64,000 bases of DNA from an uncultured archaeon (GCA_903904885.1 CAIVED010000037.1:2032-66031), one strand, 5' to 3'. Positions 53,220-62,781 are shown, numbered from the stretch's first letter. Program-made: numbers and translations. The notes: generated from the sequence alone by a model not told the origin.

Positions 53220-55784
53220 TTAAATCTCATACTTCCTGAAGAAATAATACTTGCCCAGTTCTACCAAAAGCAGGTATGTCAGGACCATCAGTATCAGGAC
53301 GCCGAAGAACAGCAGCGGAGGCGCTACAAACCCGAAGAATTTGCCCAGGAATGTGAACGGTATTGCTATTGCGAATGCCACCCCTGCAAGGCTTGTCAGA
53401 AGCAGGTATTTGCTCGGCCGGCTCTTGAAAAACGGCAGCCTCTTTGTCCTTATGAGGAATATGACAAAAATTTCGGTGCACAAAGATTCTATGAACCATC
53501 CTGTCTGGAAAAGGGCGGGGCTTGCATGGAAAATAAACAGCATAACACCATAGGTCAGGAAGTCATACAAGGAGCTTATGGGGCCGAAGAATACCATGAA
53601 TCTTTTTATTGCCTTTACATTCCACTTCTTCGGCTTTCTCAGGTCCTCCTCATCAACACTGTCAGTTGAAACAGTTATCTCAGAAACATCATAGATAAAA
53701 TTTGTGAGCAGTATCTGCTTCGGGAGCATGGGTAGGAATTTAAGGAACATGGATGCGCCGGCAACGCTGAACATGTTGCCGAAATTGGAGCTTGTGCCCA
53801 TCATTATGTATTTCAGCGTGTTTGCGAAAATTTTCCTTCCCTCAACTATTCCCTGGGCAAGCACATCAAGGCTTTTCCTCAGAAGCACTATGTCTGCAGC
53901 ATCCTTGGCAACATCTGTTGCAGTGTTTACCGATATGCCTACGTCTGCCTCGTGCAGCGCAGAAGCGTCATTCACTCCATCCCCGAGGAAACCGACAACG
54001 CGGCCATTTTGCTTTAATGAGCGTATTACCCTGACCTTTTGCTCAGGGGTTATTCTTGCAAAAACAGTGACGCTGTTTACTGCTTTGCGAAGTTCCTCAT
54101 CACCCATCTTTGCTATCTGCTCTCCTGAAAGAATCCTGCTGACATGTATTTTAAGCTCCTCGCAGACCTTTTTGGCAACAAGGGCGTTGTCGCCGGTTAA
54201 TACCTTCAGGTCAACGTTCAGCTGCCTGAGCCGCTGCATTGAGCTTATGGCTGTTTTTTTAGGCGGGTCCAGGAATGTCAGGAAGCCCTGGAAAATCAAA
54301 CCTGCCTCATTGCGGTTCTTTATGCAGTTATCCCTGCATTCCTTGTAACCAATGGCTATTACAAGATATCCCTCCTCACTCAGCTCGTTGTATTTTCTTA
54401 TTATCTTTTGCCTGTATTTTGCGATTGGCTCCAGACGATTTTTGTTTTTTACATGGGTGCAGAGACCCAGCACTGATTCCGGTGCACCCTTTGTTATGAG
54501 AATGCTTTTGGAATTTTTTCTCACAAGAACAGACATTCTTCTCTTTGAAAAATCAAACGGGACCTCATCAACTTTCTTAAATCCCCTAAGCTCGGCGATT
54601 ATTTTAGGATGCGACTGCCTGGCCCTTTCCCAGATGGCAAGGTCCATGGAGTTTGTGCCGTACAGTTTTTTGCTGTCTTCCACAGAATTGCACAGCAATG
54701 AGTTTTCAAGAAGGCTATGGTCTATCCTGTCCTCCAGGTCAAAAAAATTGATAAGGGCAATTTTTCCCTCGGTCAGCGTGCCTGTCTTGTCTGTGCAGAG
54801 AACATCCATGTTCCCGAAGTCTTCAATTGAAACCAGCCTTTTGACAAGCACCTCCTTTTTTGCCATAAGTTTTGCGCCTCTCGCAAGGCCTGTGGTGACG
54901 ATAATGGGGAGAAGCTCGGGAGTAAGCCCTATGGCCACAGCCAGCGAGAACAAAAGGGATTCCAAAAGGTCATGCTTTAGAAGGGCATTTGCAAGAAATA
55001 TAAATACTGTCAGCAGAAGCGTTACCTTGAGAAGCATTGAGCTGAATTTTTTTATTCCCTTCTGGAAATCTGTCTCAGGGGAGGGAAGCAGAAGTTCCTT
55101 TGATATTTTTCCAAGCTCAGTATTCTGGCCCGTTGCAATAACAACACCCATTCCATAGCCGCCGATAACTTTTGTCCCCGTAAACACATAATTTTTTATG
55201 TCCTGGAGAATCGGGTTTTTTATTTTGACCGGGCTGCTGTTCTTTATGACCGGCACAGACTCTCCTGTCAGGATTGATTCATCAATCTCAAGGTCCCTGA
55301 CGCTCAGAAGCCTCAGGTCAGCAGAAACAACATTTCCCCTTTCCAGAAAAACTATGTCTCCGGGAACCAGATCTTTTGAGCTTATCTCCTCTTTTTTCCC
55401 GTTCCTTAAAACCAGAGTCTTGAATGAAATTCTTTTGTCGAGCTCATAGGCAATTTTTTCTGACTTGTATTCATTGAAGAACCCGAGAGTCACGCTTATC
55501 AGCACCATGACCAGGATTATAAGAGAATTAACCAGCTCTCCCAAAAACATTGAAACAAGGCTTATTACTATAAGCACCAGCAGGAAAGCGCTCTTAAACT
55601 GCCTGAGGAATACAAAAAGCGCGCTAATGCTTTTCTTTTTTACCTCATTTATTCCGTATTCCTTAAGCCGTGACGCCGCCTCTTCAGCAGAGAGCCCCTT
55701 TTCAGAAGTATTTAGCCGGGACAATACTCGGTCATCAGGCATGTCCCAATAGTTCTCAACCAAAACTTCGCGCTCCTTGTTCAT
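53220..55784 (-). CDS. mgtA: magnesium-translocating P-type ATPase
   Basis: TGES, PELLP, DKTGTLT, KGAPE, TGD, GDGVNDA, and the MgtA-typical GTSSNFGNMFS. Confidence 0.92.
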   Translation of the reverse strand: MNKEREVLVENYWDMPDDRVLSRLNTSEKGLSAEEAASRLKEYGINEVKKKSISALFVFLRQFKSAFLLVLIVISLVSMFLGELVNSLIILVMVLISVTLGFFNEYKSEKIAYELDKRISFKTLVLRNGKKEEISSKDLVPGDIVFLERGNVVSADLRLLSVRDLEIDESILTGESVPVIKNSSPVKIKNPILQDIKNYVFTGTKVIGGYGMGVVIATGQNTELGKISKELLLPSPETDFQKGIKKFSSMLLKVTLLLTVFIFLANALLKHDLLESLLFSLAVAIGLTPELLPIIVTTGLARGAKLMAKKEVLVKRLVSIEDFGNMDVLCTDKTGTLTEGKIALINFFDLEDRIDHSLLENSLLCNSVEDSKKLYGTNSMDLAIWERARQSHPKIIAELRGFKKVDEVPFDFSKRRMSVLVRKNSKSILITKGAPESVLGLCTHVKNKNRLEPIAKYRQKIIRKYNELSEEGYLVIAIGYKECRDNCIKNRNEAGLIFQGFLTFLDPPKKTAISSMQRLRQLNVDLKVLTGDNALVAKKVCEELKIHVSRILSGEQIAKMGDEELRKAVNSVTVFARITPEQKVRVIRSLKQNGRVVGFLGDGVNDASALHEADVGISVNTATDVAKDAADIVLLRKSLDVLAQGIVEGRKIFANTLKYIMMGTSSNFGNMFSVAGASMFLKFLPMLPKQILLTNFIYDVSEITVSTDSVDEEDLRKPKKWNVKAIKRFMVFFGPISSLYDFLTYGVMLFIFHASPALFQTGWFIESLCTEIFVIFLIRTKRLPFFKSRPSKYLLLTSLAGVAFAIAIPFTFLGKFFGFVAPPLLFFGVLILMVLTYLLLVELGKYYFFRKYEI

Positions 55785-55899
55785 CAGCCGCCTCTTTTAA
55801 TAGGTCACAAGTTTAAAACATCCTATTTAAATGTTTTGATGGCTTTGCATGGAAAGATTTAAAACAACAAAAAAAATAATAGCTGCAAAGAGGTGCAAA

Positions 55900-56181
55900 A
55901 TGCTATCAGCAATTCCGGTAAAAATCGAGGGGATGAAAAAAGAGGACATTGACAAGGAAGTCCTGAGGGTTGGGATGATGGCCGAGCTTGATGCTGTTTC
56001 ACTTTATGAGCAGCTTGCGGCAATGACAAAAAATTCCGGCATTAAAAAAATATTCCTGGACATCGCAAAGGAAGAGAAAACCCACATGGGCGAATTCCAG
56101 GCGCTGCTTCTAAGTTTGGATCCTGAACAGAAAAAGGAACTTGAGAACGGAAGGAGCGAGGTGGCGGAGAAGCTGGGGTGA
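55900..56181 (+). CDS. short ferritin-like (rubrerythrin/EncFtn-like) protein
   Basis: AELDAVSLYEQLA, DIAKEEKTHMGEF, with a GAGGTG RBS before ATG 55900. Confidence 0.85.
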   Translation: MLSAIPVKIEGMKKEDIDKEVLRVGMMAELDAVSLYEQLAAMTKNSGIKKIFLDIAKEEKTHMGEFQALLLSLDPEQKKELENGRSEVAEKLG

Positions 56182-56229
56182 GGTTGGTTAATTTTATTCT
56201 TTTATTACCAAAACAAACTATTTATTTTG

Positions 56230-56392
56230 GCAGTTCTTATTTTTTATTGTTGTTCCAATACTTGCCCTGATTGCCAGAACTGCCTTAACTTGACTCACTT
56301 CTCTGCGCTCGTCAAGTAAATATTTTTTCTTGCGCATGGCATTCGAGCAGAAGAATCAAGCTAAACCTGGATGGTAATGCAAGAACCAGCAA
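56230..56392 (-). repeat. dispersed structured intergenic element, copy 5 (full)
   Basis: TAATGCAAGAACCAGCAA at 56375-56392, stems ACTTGAC/GTCAAGT (56288-56317) and GCAGTTCT/AGAACTGC (56230-56283). Confidence 0.85.
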
Positions 56393-56414
56393 ACGTAATT
56401 TTAATTTAAAGCAA

Positions 56415-57329
56415 TTACTCCCCTATTTTCTCAAGCTCAATCAAGTGCTTCCACTTCTCATCAATATGCTTCTGTATTTTCTCAATCGCATCTTTGTCTT
56501 CCAATAAATGCTTAAACCTTGCCTGGGCTTTCATGAAATCAATTACAGGAAGCTTTTCGTCCGGCTTGTAATTTATTTTGTATTTTCCTTTCTCAACCTC
56601 ATAAATCGGCCAGAAGCATGACTTAACCGCTTTCTCGGATATTTCAACTGCTTCATCTGACTTAATTCCCCACTGTGCGCAGGGCGCAAGAACGTTTATG
56701 AAAGCAGGTCCTTTTGCATCAAATGCTTTTTTAGCTTTCATGTAAAGGTCAAGCGGATGGGAAAGCGATGCCTGGGCAACATAGGGAATTCCATGTGCAA
56801 CCATTATCTCTGTCAAATCTTTCCTGAATGTTTCATTTCCTTTCTTGAATTTTCCTGAGGGAGAAGTTGTTGTATGCGCTCCGTAAGGCGTTGCAGAGCT
56901 TCTCTGATGGCCTGTGTTCATGTAACCCTCATTGTTGTAGCAGACGTAAACAAAATCATGGCCCCTTTCTGCTGCGCCTGAAAGCGCCTGCAATCCGATA
57001 TCATAGGAACCGCCATCCCCGCCGAAGGCAATGAATTTGACATCCTTTTTGATTTTGCCTTTTTTTCTCAGTGCATTGTAGGCAGATTCTATGCCGGAAA
57101 TTGTTGCTGCGGAATTTTCAAAAGCGTTGTGGATGAAAGGAATGTTCCATGAGGAATACGGATAAATCGTTGTCGCAACCTCTAAACATCCTGTTGCGCA
57201 TGAGGCCACAACTTCCTTGTCTGTTCCTGCAAGGATTATTCTTACAATAGGTATGGCTGCGCAGCCGGGGCAAAGCCTGTGGCCGGAAACGATTCTCTTT
57301 TCCTTTGATGCGATTTCCTTGAAGCTCAT
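56415..57329 (-). CDS. porB: pyruvate:ferredoxin oxidoreductase beta subunit
   Basis: GHRLCPGC, ATGCLEV, GGDGGSYDIG, YNNEGYMNTG. Confidence 0.93.
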   Translation of the reverse strand: MSFKEIASKEKRIVSGHRLCPGCAAIPIVRIILAGTDKEVVASCATGCLEVATTIYPYSSWNIPFIHNAFENSAATISGIESAYNALRKKGKIKKDVKFIAFGGDGGSYDIGLQALSGAAERGHDFVYVCYNNEGYMNTGHQRSSATPYGAHTTTSPSGKFKKGNETFRKDLTEIMVAHGIPYVAQASLSHPLDLYMKAKKAFDAKGPAFINVLAPCAQWGIKSDEAVEISEKAVKSCFWPIYEVEKGKYKINYKPDEKLPVIDFMKAQARFKHLLEDKDAIEKIQKHIDEKWKHLIELEKIGE

Positions 57330-58474
57330 TCTCTCAGCCCTACGTATCTTGTTTTTTCTTCAAACTTGTTCTTCATAAGATTTTCAAAAACATTTTCAAT
57401 GTCTTTTTCCAAAAGCTCCCTTCCGCCAATTCCATAAACATAGCTTTGGATTTTTGCATTGATATCAAAAAGCGAATTCTTTATCTCTGCAAAAAGCGGG
57501 GGATTCGCGCCGAAGGACTCGCTCCTGTCGAGCACGGCGATTTTCTTTCCTTTCAGCGCTGCCTTTATCTCGGAATAGGGAAACGGCCTGAATAAAACCG
57601 GCTTCAGCAAACCGACTTTCTTTCCTTTTTTTCTCAACTTGTCTATTAATGATTTGACTGTGCCGGCGCTGCTGTTCATTGAAACAACAACATAATTTGC
57701 ATCCTTCAGTTTGTAGGACTCGAAATAATTGTATTCCCTTCCGGTTAATTTTGAAAGCTCTTTTCCTGTTTTCAGGAATTCTATTTTCGCCCTTTCGATT
57801 GCGTCAGACTGCTGCTTTTTTGTTTCAAAATTATAATCCGGCAGCTGAAGCGCGCCGAAGGTGGCGTTATTTTTTAATAAACTGGTTTCGGGATTGTATT
57901 CCCCGACAAATCTTTTCACTTTTTCATCGTCCAGGATTTCGACTTCCTCTACGCAATGTGAGGTTATGAATCCGTCCTGCATTACCATAACCGGAAGCTC
58001 AGTCTTTTCTGCAAGTTTTTGTGCGAGTATTGTATTGTCATAAACCTCCTGGTTGTCCTCAGAATAAATCTGCACCCAGCCCAAATCGCGGCAGGCCATG
58101 CTGTCTGAATGGTCGCAGTGAATATTTATTGGGGCGGATATTGCCCGGTTAACAACGTTCATTACAATCGGCAATCGCAACCCTGATGCAATCGGCAAAA
58201 TCTCCAGCATCAGCAGAATTCCCTGGGAAGATGATGCAGTCATCACCCTTGCGCCTGCTGCAGATGCGCCAACAGCTGCGCTCATTGCAGAATGCTCGCT
58301 CTCGACGCGAATCATTTCTGTTTCCACTTTTCCGTCGGCAACAAAATGGGCAAACGATTCGACAATCTGGGTTTGGGGAGTGATAGGATATGCTGGAACA
58401 ACATCAGGATTAATCTGGCGCATCGCTTCCGCTGCCGCCTGGGCTCCTGTTAGCGCGATTTTGTTTTTGTTCAT
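57326..58474 (-). CDS. porA: pyruvate:ferredoxin oxidoreductase alpha subunit
   Basis: AYPITPQT, ESEHSAMS, TASSSQG, NRAISAP, and ATGA overlap with porD. Confidence 0.93.
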   Translation of the reverse strand: MNKNKIALTGAQAAAEAMRQINPDVVPAYPITPQTQIVESFAHFVADGKVETEMIRVESEHSAMSAAVGASAAGARVMTASSSQGILLMLEILPIASGLRLPIVMNVVNRAISAPINIHCDHSDSMACRDLGWVQIYSEDNQEVYDNTILAQKLAEKTELPVMVMQDGFITSHCVEEVEILDDEKVKRFVGEYNPETSLLKNNATFGALQLPDYNFETKKQQSDAIERAKIEFLKTGKELSKLTGREYNYFESYKLKDANYVVVSMNSSAGTVKSLIDKLRKKGKKVGLLKPVLFRPFPYSEIKAALKGKKIAVLDRSESFGANPPLFAEIKNSLFDINAKIQSYVYGIGGRELLEKDIENVFENLMKNKFEEKTRYVGLRE

Positions 58475-58746
58475 CTTGCTTTCTCCATCTTTATGCATTT
58501 CACAGGGCAGACCTTTGCGCACAGTGCGCAACCCTTGCAGTAATCAAGATTGGATGTTATTTTTTCATTTTTCATTTCAATGCACAAATCAGGGCAGAAT
58601 ACGACGCACCTGAAACATTTAATGCATTTTTTGTGGTCCACAACCGGCTTGAATACTTTCCAGTCGCCTGTCTTGACCGCCAAAGATGATGCCGGCTCAA
58701 CCAGTCCTGCTTTTCTCATTTCCTTCCATCCTTTTAGCCTGCTCAT
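58471..58746 (-). CDS. porD: pyruvate:ferredoxin oxidoreductase delta subunit (2x[4Fe-4S])
   Basis: KTGDWKVFKP, CIKCFRCVVFCP, YCKGCALCAKVCP. Confidence 0.93.
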   Translation of the reverse strand: MSRLKGWKEMRKAGLVEPASSLAVKTGDWKVFKPVVDHKKCIKCFRCVVFCPDLCIEMKNEKITSNLDYCKGCALCAKVCPVKCIKMEKAR

Positions 58747-59291
58747 TTTTTGATTTCCCTGTAAGCGATTTCCATTGCTTTTACATTTGCAGCGGCCATT
58801 TTTTCATCCTTGCTTTTTAGCGTGCTGTAAACCTCTTCTTTCAGTTCATTAAAAATATTCTCTTCAATTACCCCTGCCAGCGCCCCAAGCATTACTGCAT
58901 TTACAATGGGCTTCCCGATAACGTCTATTGCAATTCTTGTTGCATCAATTGCCACGACTTTCCCGCCGAATGTTTTTTTGAAATGCTCGGGCTCTTGGCC
59001 TGAGTTGATAATCAGGATTCCCTTCGGTGAAAGACCCTCAGTGATTTCAGGCAGGCCTATGAGTGATTCATCGAGCACAACAACAAAATTTGGATTTGCT
59101 ATGGGCTCGTGGGTTGTGATTTTCTCATCTGATATCCTTGCAAAACTTCTTACAGGAGCGCCCCTCCTTTCCGGCCCGAATTCCGGAAATGCCTGCACAT
59201 GCTTTCCTTTTTTCAGGAAGGCCTCTGCCAGTACAATGGCCGCGGTCTTGACGCCATGGCCTCCCCTTCCGTGAAAGCGTATCTCGAGCAT
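58743..59291 (-). CDS. porC: pyruvate:ferredoxin oxidoreductase gamma subunit
   Basis: EIRFHGRGGHG, FPEFGPERRGAPV, NAVMLGA. Confidence 0.95.
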   Translation of the reverse strand: MLEIRFHGRGGHGVKTAAIVLAEAFLKKGKHVQAFPEFGPERRGAPVRSFARISDEKITTHEPIANPNFVVVLDESLIGLPEITEGLSPKGILIINSGQEPEHFKKTFGGKVVAIDATRIAIDVIGKPIVNAVMLGALAGVIEENIFNELKEEVYSTLKSKDEKMAAANVKAMEIAYREIKK

Positions 59292-59322
59292 GAGAAAAAG
59301 CGCTTTCTGTTGTTTTTAAAAC

Positions 59323-60309
59323 TTATGCAATTTCCTGGAACAGGTAACGCGGCAAATACGACTTCTTGTAATACCTGTAGAACTCGATTATATTAAAGGA
59401 CTCTATCAGGTCCTTGAATTCCTGCCTGACCTGCACAATAAGCGACCTTGTTTTGGACCTGTCCGATGATTCCATGTCCATCTCAATGTCCCAGTCGCCG
59501 ACGGTCTTGTTGAACTGGACAATCTCCTTTGTTTTCAGCATGTAGTCAAAAAGCTGCTTTTCTCTCTCGGGGCTGATATTGTGCAGCTTCAGGAAAAGCC
59601 GGAATTTTGCGACCTCAAGCTGGTCTGTGTCAATTGCGTATTTGAACCCCTTGATGATTTTCCGTTTCTGCAGGGTCTTAACCAGCGCCGTAGCTGTCTT
59701 TATGTTGATTCCGCATTTCTTAGCCAGCGTTGTCATCCTCGTCTTTGGTGACTCAAGGAAATTTTTCATTATTGCCAGCTCGTTTTTTTCAAAGGCCTCT
59801 ATGTTCCTGTCCCCCCCGACGAGAATTTCCGGCTTTACGGTGTCCAGCAGGTGGGCATCTTTTGCAAGGTAGGCCCTTGGGTATATGTGGGTTACAAGAT
59901 TAAGGAGAATCTTATAGTTATTCAGCGTCGGGATTTCGTCAATGATTTTTTTAAGCTCCTTGTTGAATCTTGAGGGATTGGGCGACAAAATTTCTATTGC
60001 CAGGTCAAATTCCCCGTTCAACTCGTAAATTGCAACCACATATGGATTCCCGCTCAGCTGGTGGATAATGCTTTCCCTGTCCTTTTCGCTTGAATAGCCG
60101 CCTTTAAAGTAAATCCTGAACAAGATGAGCCCAAAATAAGAATAATCAAATATGCCGTGGCAGTTGTTGACTATTTTCTCTTTCTCCATCAGTTTAATTG
60201 TGTATTTCAGCCTCTGGGGGCTTTTTTTGAGCAGTTTAGCCAAATCACGTATTTTAGAACGGGCATTCTCCGAATAAAGAAATAGCAGGTTCCTGTCGAT
60301 TTGTGCCAT
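59323..60309 (-). CDS. Lrp/AsnC-family regulator with two HTH-RAM modules
   Basis: DRNLLFLYSENARSK..LAK and second HTH PKTRMTTLAKKCG, each followed by a RAM domain (NGEFDL, VGDWDI). Confidence 0.85.
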   Translation of the reverse strand: MAQIDRNLLFLYSENARSKIRDLAKLLKKSPQRLKYTIKLMEKEKIVNNCHGIFDYSYFGLILFRIYFKGGYSSEKDRESIIHQLSGNPYVVAIYELNGEFDLAIEILSPNPSRFNKELKKIIDEIPTLNNYKILLNLVTHIYPRAYLAKDAHLLDTVKPEILVGGDRNIEAFEKNELAIMKNFLESPKTRMTTLAKKCGINIKTATALVKTLQKRKIIKGFKYAIDTDQLEVAKFRLFLKLHNISPEREKQLFDYMLKTKEIVQFNKTVGDWDIEMDMESSDRSKTRSLIVQVRQEFKDLIESFNIIEFYRYYKKSYLPRYLFQEIA

Positions 60310-60417
60310 AGTGGGTGTAAAAGTTTTATTTATTAATAAATCTTTCGCTTTTTAAGGAAAAAAGTAAAAAAATAGCCCTAGTTAAATATAAATATAGATA
60401 AACGTATACTGGAATAC

Positions 60418-61329
60418 ATGACACTGAGATATGAGCATTTTGATGGAGACCTGGGATTTGAAATAGGGGCTTATTTGAAATTCAAAAATCTTAGCGAGTG
60501 CCTTCCTGAAATAATCCGAATGCGCAATGGCGAGATAAATGTAGTTGAGGGCCAGGACAGCACCAGTTTCCCTGAAGATCTCGGCACGCTTATTATTCTT
60601 GACGGAAAAACGCGGGCAGAAATGGAAGCCCAGGGGGCAATATCCCGAGAAGGCGACCGTCTGCCGTTTGAAAGTTTCCGCGGAGTCCCAGGCGCAGAAA
60701 AGTATATCAGAGATCATTACGATGACGGCGCAGTTTTTGTCGACGCCGATAACCAGAAAATTTCACTTGTTGGCCCGGTGATTCCCTCACGAGAAATATC
60801 GCTGAAAACAAATACAAAATATCTTGCGCCTCCGGGGTTTAATGTGGGCTGCAAGGCAAAAGCAGCCATGCTGCTCCCGCTTGAATATGAACTGGTAAGA
60901 ACGACCAGAGTTAGCAGCACTCCAAGGGGCTCCCTTAAAATGGGCAGGGTCGAGGGATTTGGGCAGGAAGGACTGGACATAGAGCTTGAACTTACAGAAG
61001 ACCCTAGCAGAAAAGAATATGCAATATCGCCTGAATTTTTGGGGCTTGACAGCAGAAGCACCAATCCAGAGGTCATAGCCCAATTGGATTTGCTGCGAAA
61101 TGTTGTTCCTGTTCTCAGGGCGTATGAAAACCGCGACTGGGAAAATCCCGTTGAGAAACTCATGATGGTTGACAGGTATGGGAGAATGACCACTGTTTCC
61201 TATGACTCGAAATCCCAGCCAAGAAGCAAAGAAATCCAAACTGCAAAAATTCCTACTAATTTTAGAGAAACCTGCGGCGGAGTTCTCGGTCAACATGAAC
61301 ACCCACTGCATTTGGAACAGGCATACTAA
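60418..61329 (+). CDS. DisA_N/diadenylate-cyclase-like domain protein, divergent
   Basis: LGTLIIL, DDGAVFV (DGA), GCKAKAA in place of GTRHRAA, RVSS. Confidence 0.55.
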   Translation: MTLRYEHFDGDLGFEIGAYLKFKNLSECLPEIIRMRNGEINVVEGQDSTSFPEDLGTLIILDGKTRAEMEAQGAISREGDRLPFESFRGVPGAEKYIRDHYDDGAVFVDADNQKISLVGPVIPSREISLKTNTKYLAPPGFNVGCKAKAAMLLPLEYELVRTTRVSSTPRGSLKMGRVEGFGQEGLDIELELTEDPSRKEYAISPEFLGLDSRSTNPEVIAQLDLLRNVVPVLRAYENRDWENPVEKLMMVDRYGRMTTVSYDSKSQPRSKEIQTAKIPTNFRETCGGVLGQHEHPLHLEQAY

Positions 61330-61379
61330 ACCCAAACTTTTAAATTCTCAAATTTATTTCTTTTCTCTGAGGGGAATTA

Positions 61380-61874
61380 GTGAATGAGCCATACGTCAGT
61401 TCGCCGGTTGGAACAGAGATAAGGTGCACTTTCTATGGAATCCCGGAAAAAGGGCTGCTTGAATCCGGCGAATTTGTAGGAGGAGAGGATTTCCCAGGCT
61501 ACATAACCAGGACATTCAGGCGGATAAGTTTTGAGGCGATTCTTCTTCGCGCGCTTAGGGAGGACGGATTTACAATTTTGAAATCCATGAGCACTAAATT
61601 CGAGCCCAGGGGCTACAGCTGCGCAATCCAGCTTGCCGAGTCAGACATAACAGTCCACACTTACCCGGAGCATGATTCTTTTGTCGTTAAACTTTATACC
61701 TGCCGGAGGCCTTTCGACGGTCGTAGGACAATAGCCAGCCTAATGAGACAGCTAAGGCCTTCGATTGTGGAATTAAAAGAGAGCGCGGTTATAGTAAAGG
61801 AAGGAAATGCAGATGATTACGAATTCAAACTTTCCATAGACTACAAAAATGGAAAATTCAAAAGAAAAAACTAA
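61380..61874 (+). CDS. S-adenosylmethionine decarboxylase-like proenzyme
   Basis: KFEPRGYSCAIQLAESDITVHTYPE..LYTC. The usual ESH is ESD here. Confidence 0.75.
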   Translation: MNEPYVSSPVGTEIRCTFYGIPEKGLLESGEFVGGEDFPGYITRTFRRISFEAILLRALREDGFTILKSMSTKFEPRGYSCAIQLAESDITVHTYPEHDSFVVKLYTCRRPFDGRRTIASLMRQLRPSIVELKESAVIVKEGNADDYEFKLSIDYKNGKFKRKN

Positions 61875-62447
61875 TCATCCTCTGCAGGCTTCAGCTTTTA
61901 TTATCAAAAGCCTCTGGTTGAAGCAGGCATTGTCCTTGCCGTCAACGGTCTTGACAGGAAATGCCGTCATCTCTTCAATCTTGCTTCCTACTTTTGACTC
62001 AAGGTCAGAGATTGAAAAAGAGTATTCTGCAACACCATTATAGTCTGCTTTGGTGTTGTCCTGGAAAATCTTTATGACTTTGTTGACTCCGGTAACATAG
62101 AACACCATTCCGCTTATTCCGTTCTGCCCTGATGCCTTAATTCTTACTTTCAGGTTATCCCCCGACATCTCGCAGGAATTTGGAATCCACCCTATGCTGT
62201 AGACTGATTCGCACATCTTTATCTCCTGAACCTGGGCTTCTGCCGCAGAAGGCGCAGATGTTGTTGCAGGAAGATTTGCCGGTTCAGCCGGAGCCGCTGT
62301 TCCTGTTGAAGGCGTTGAAGCTGCGGGAGTTGCGCTCCCGGTGGCCTCCTGACCCTGCGGCGGATAAATTGTTGTGGTTGTGCCGCAGCCAACCAAGAAC
62401 ATTGAAACTACAAGCAAAACTGCAAAACCGATTATGTATTTTTTCAT
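61875..62447 (-). CDS. putative lipoprotein, paralog of 16089-16700
   Basis: LVGC lipobox, P/T/A linker, and a 4-Cys domain ending ACFNQRLLIIKAEAC. Confidence 0.75.
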   Translation of the reverse strand: MKKYIIGFAVLLVVSMFLVGCGTTTTIYPPQGQEATGSATPAASTPSTGTAAPAEPANLPATTSAPSAAEAQVQEIKMCESVYSIGWIPNSCEMSGDNLKVRIKASGQNGISGMVFYVTGVNKVIKIFQDNTKADYNGVAEYSFSISDLESKVGSKIEEMTAFPVKTVDGKDNACFNQRLLIIKAEACRG

Positions 62448-62527
62448 CTTGACACCTCTGGTTGAAAGCAGATAAAGCTTTTTGGTTTATAAATATTGTT
62501 GCTAAATCAGGCAAATAGCAGAAAAAT

Positions 62528-62668
62528 TGGTGGGGCTGCCCGGATTCGAACCGGGGTCGTCCGGTTTTTTGCGTTCCTTGCGAAACGGCCCAAACCGGAA
62601 AGGATGGTTGCTCCAACGCAACCCAGCAAATCCGCTGATTTGCGCTGGCCAAGCTACCCCACAGCCCC
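62528..62668 (-). tRNA. tRNA-Pro(TGG) with 23-nt 37/38 intron, ~41-nt D-loop insertion and encoded CCA
   Basis: GGGGCTG/CAGCCCC acceptor, intron at 62566-62588 with TTTG/CAAA BHB helix, and insertion at about 62605-62646. Confidence 0.87.
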
Positions 62669-62781
62669 ATTATTATATAGAATGGAAAATTGGCTTTTTA
62701 AAAATGTATCTGTTTAACGAGGAATAACAGCAAGGTTTATAAACTAAATATTCATTACTACGCCATTTTAAAAGGTGTTTG

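Noticed and set aside
4520-56392. Dispersed repeat as a CRISPR array or mini-CRISPR
   Set aside because: Copies are isolated and kilobases apart, in both orientations, with two different conserved blocks rather than one repeated unit. No cas genes are present.
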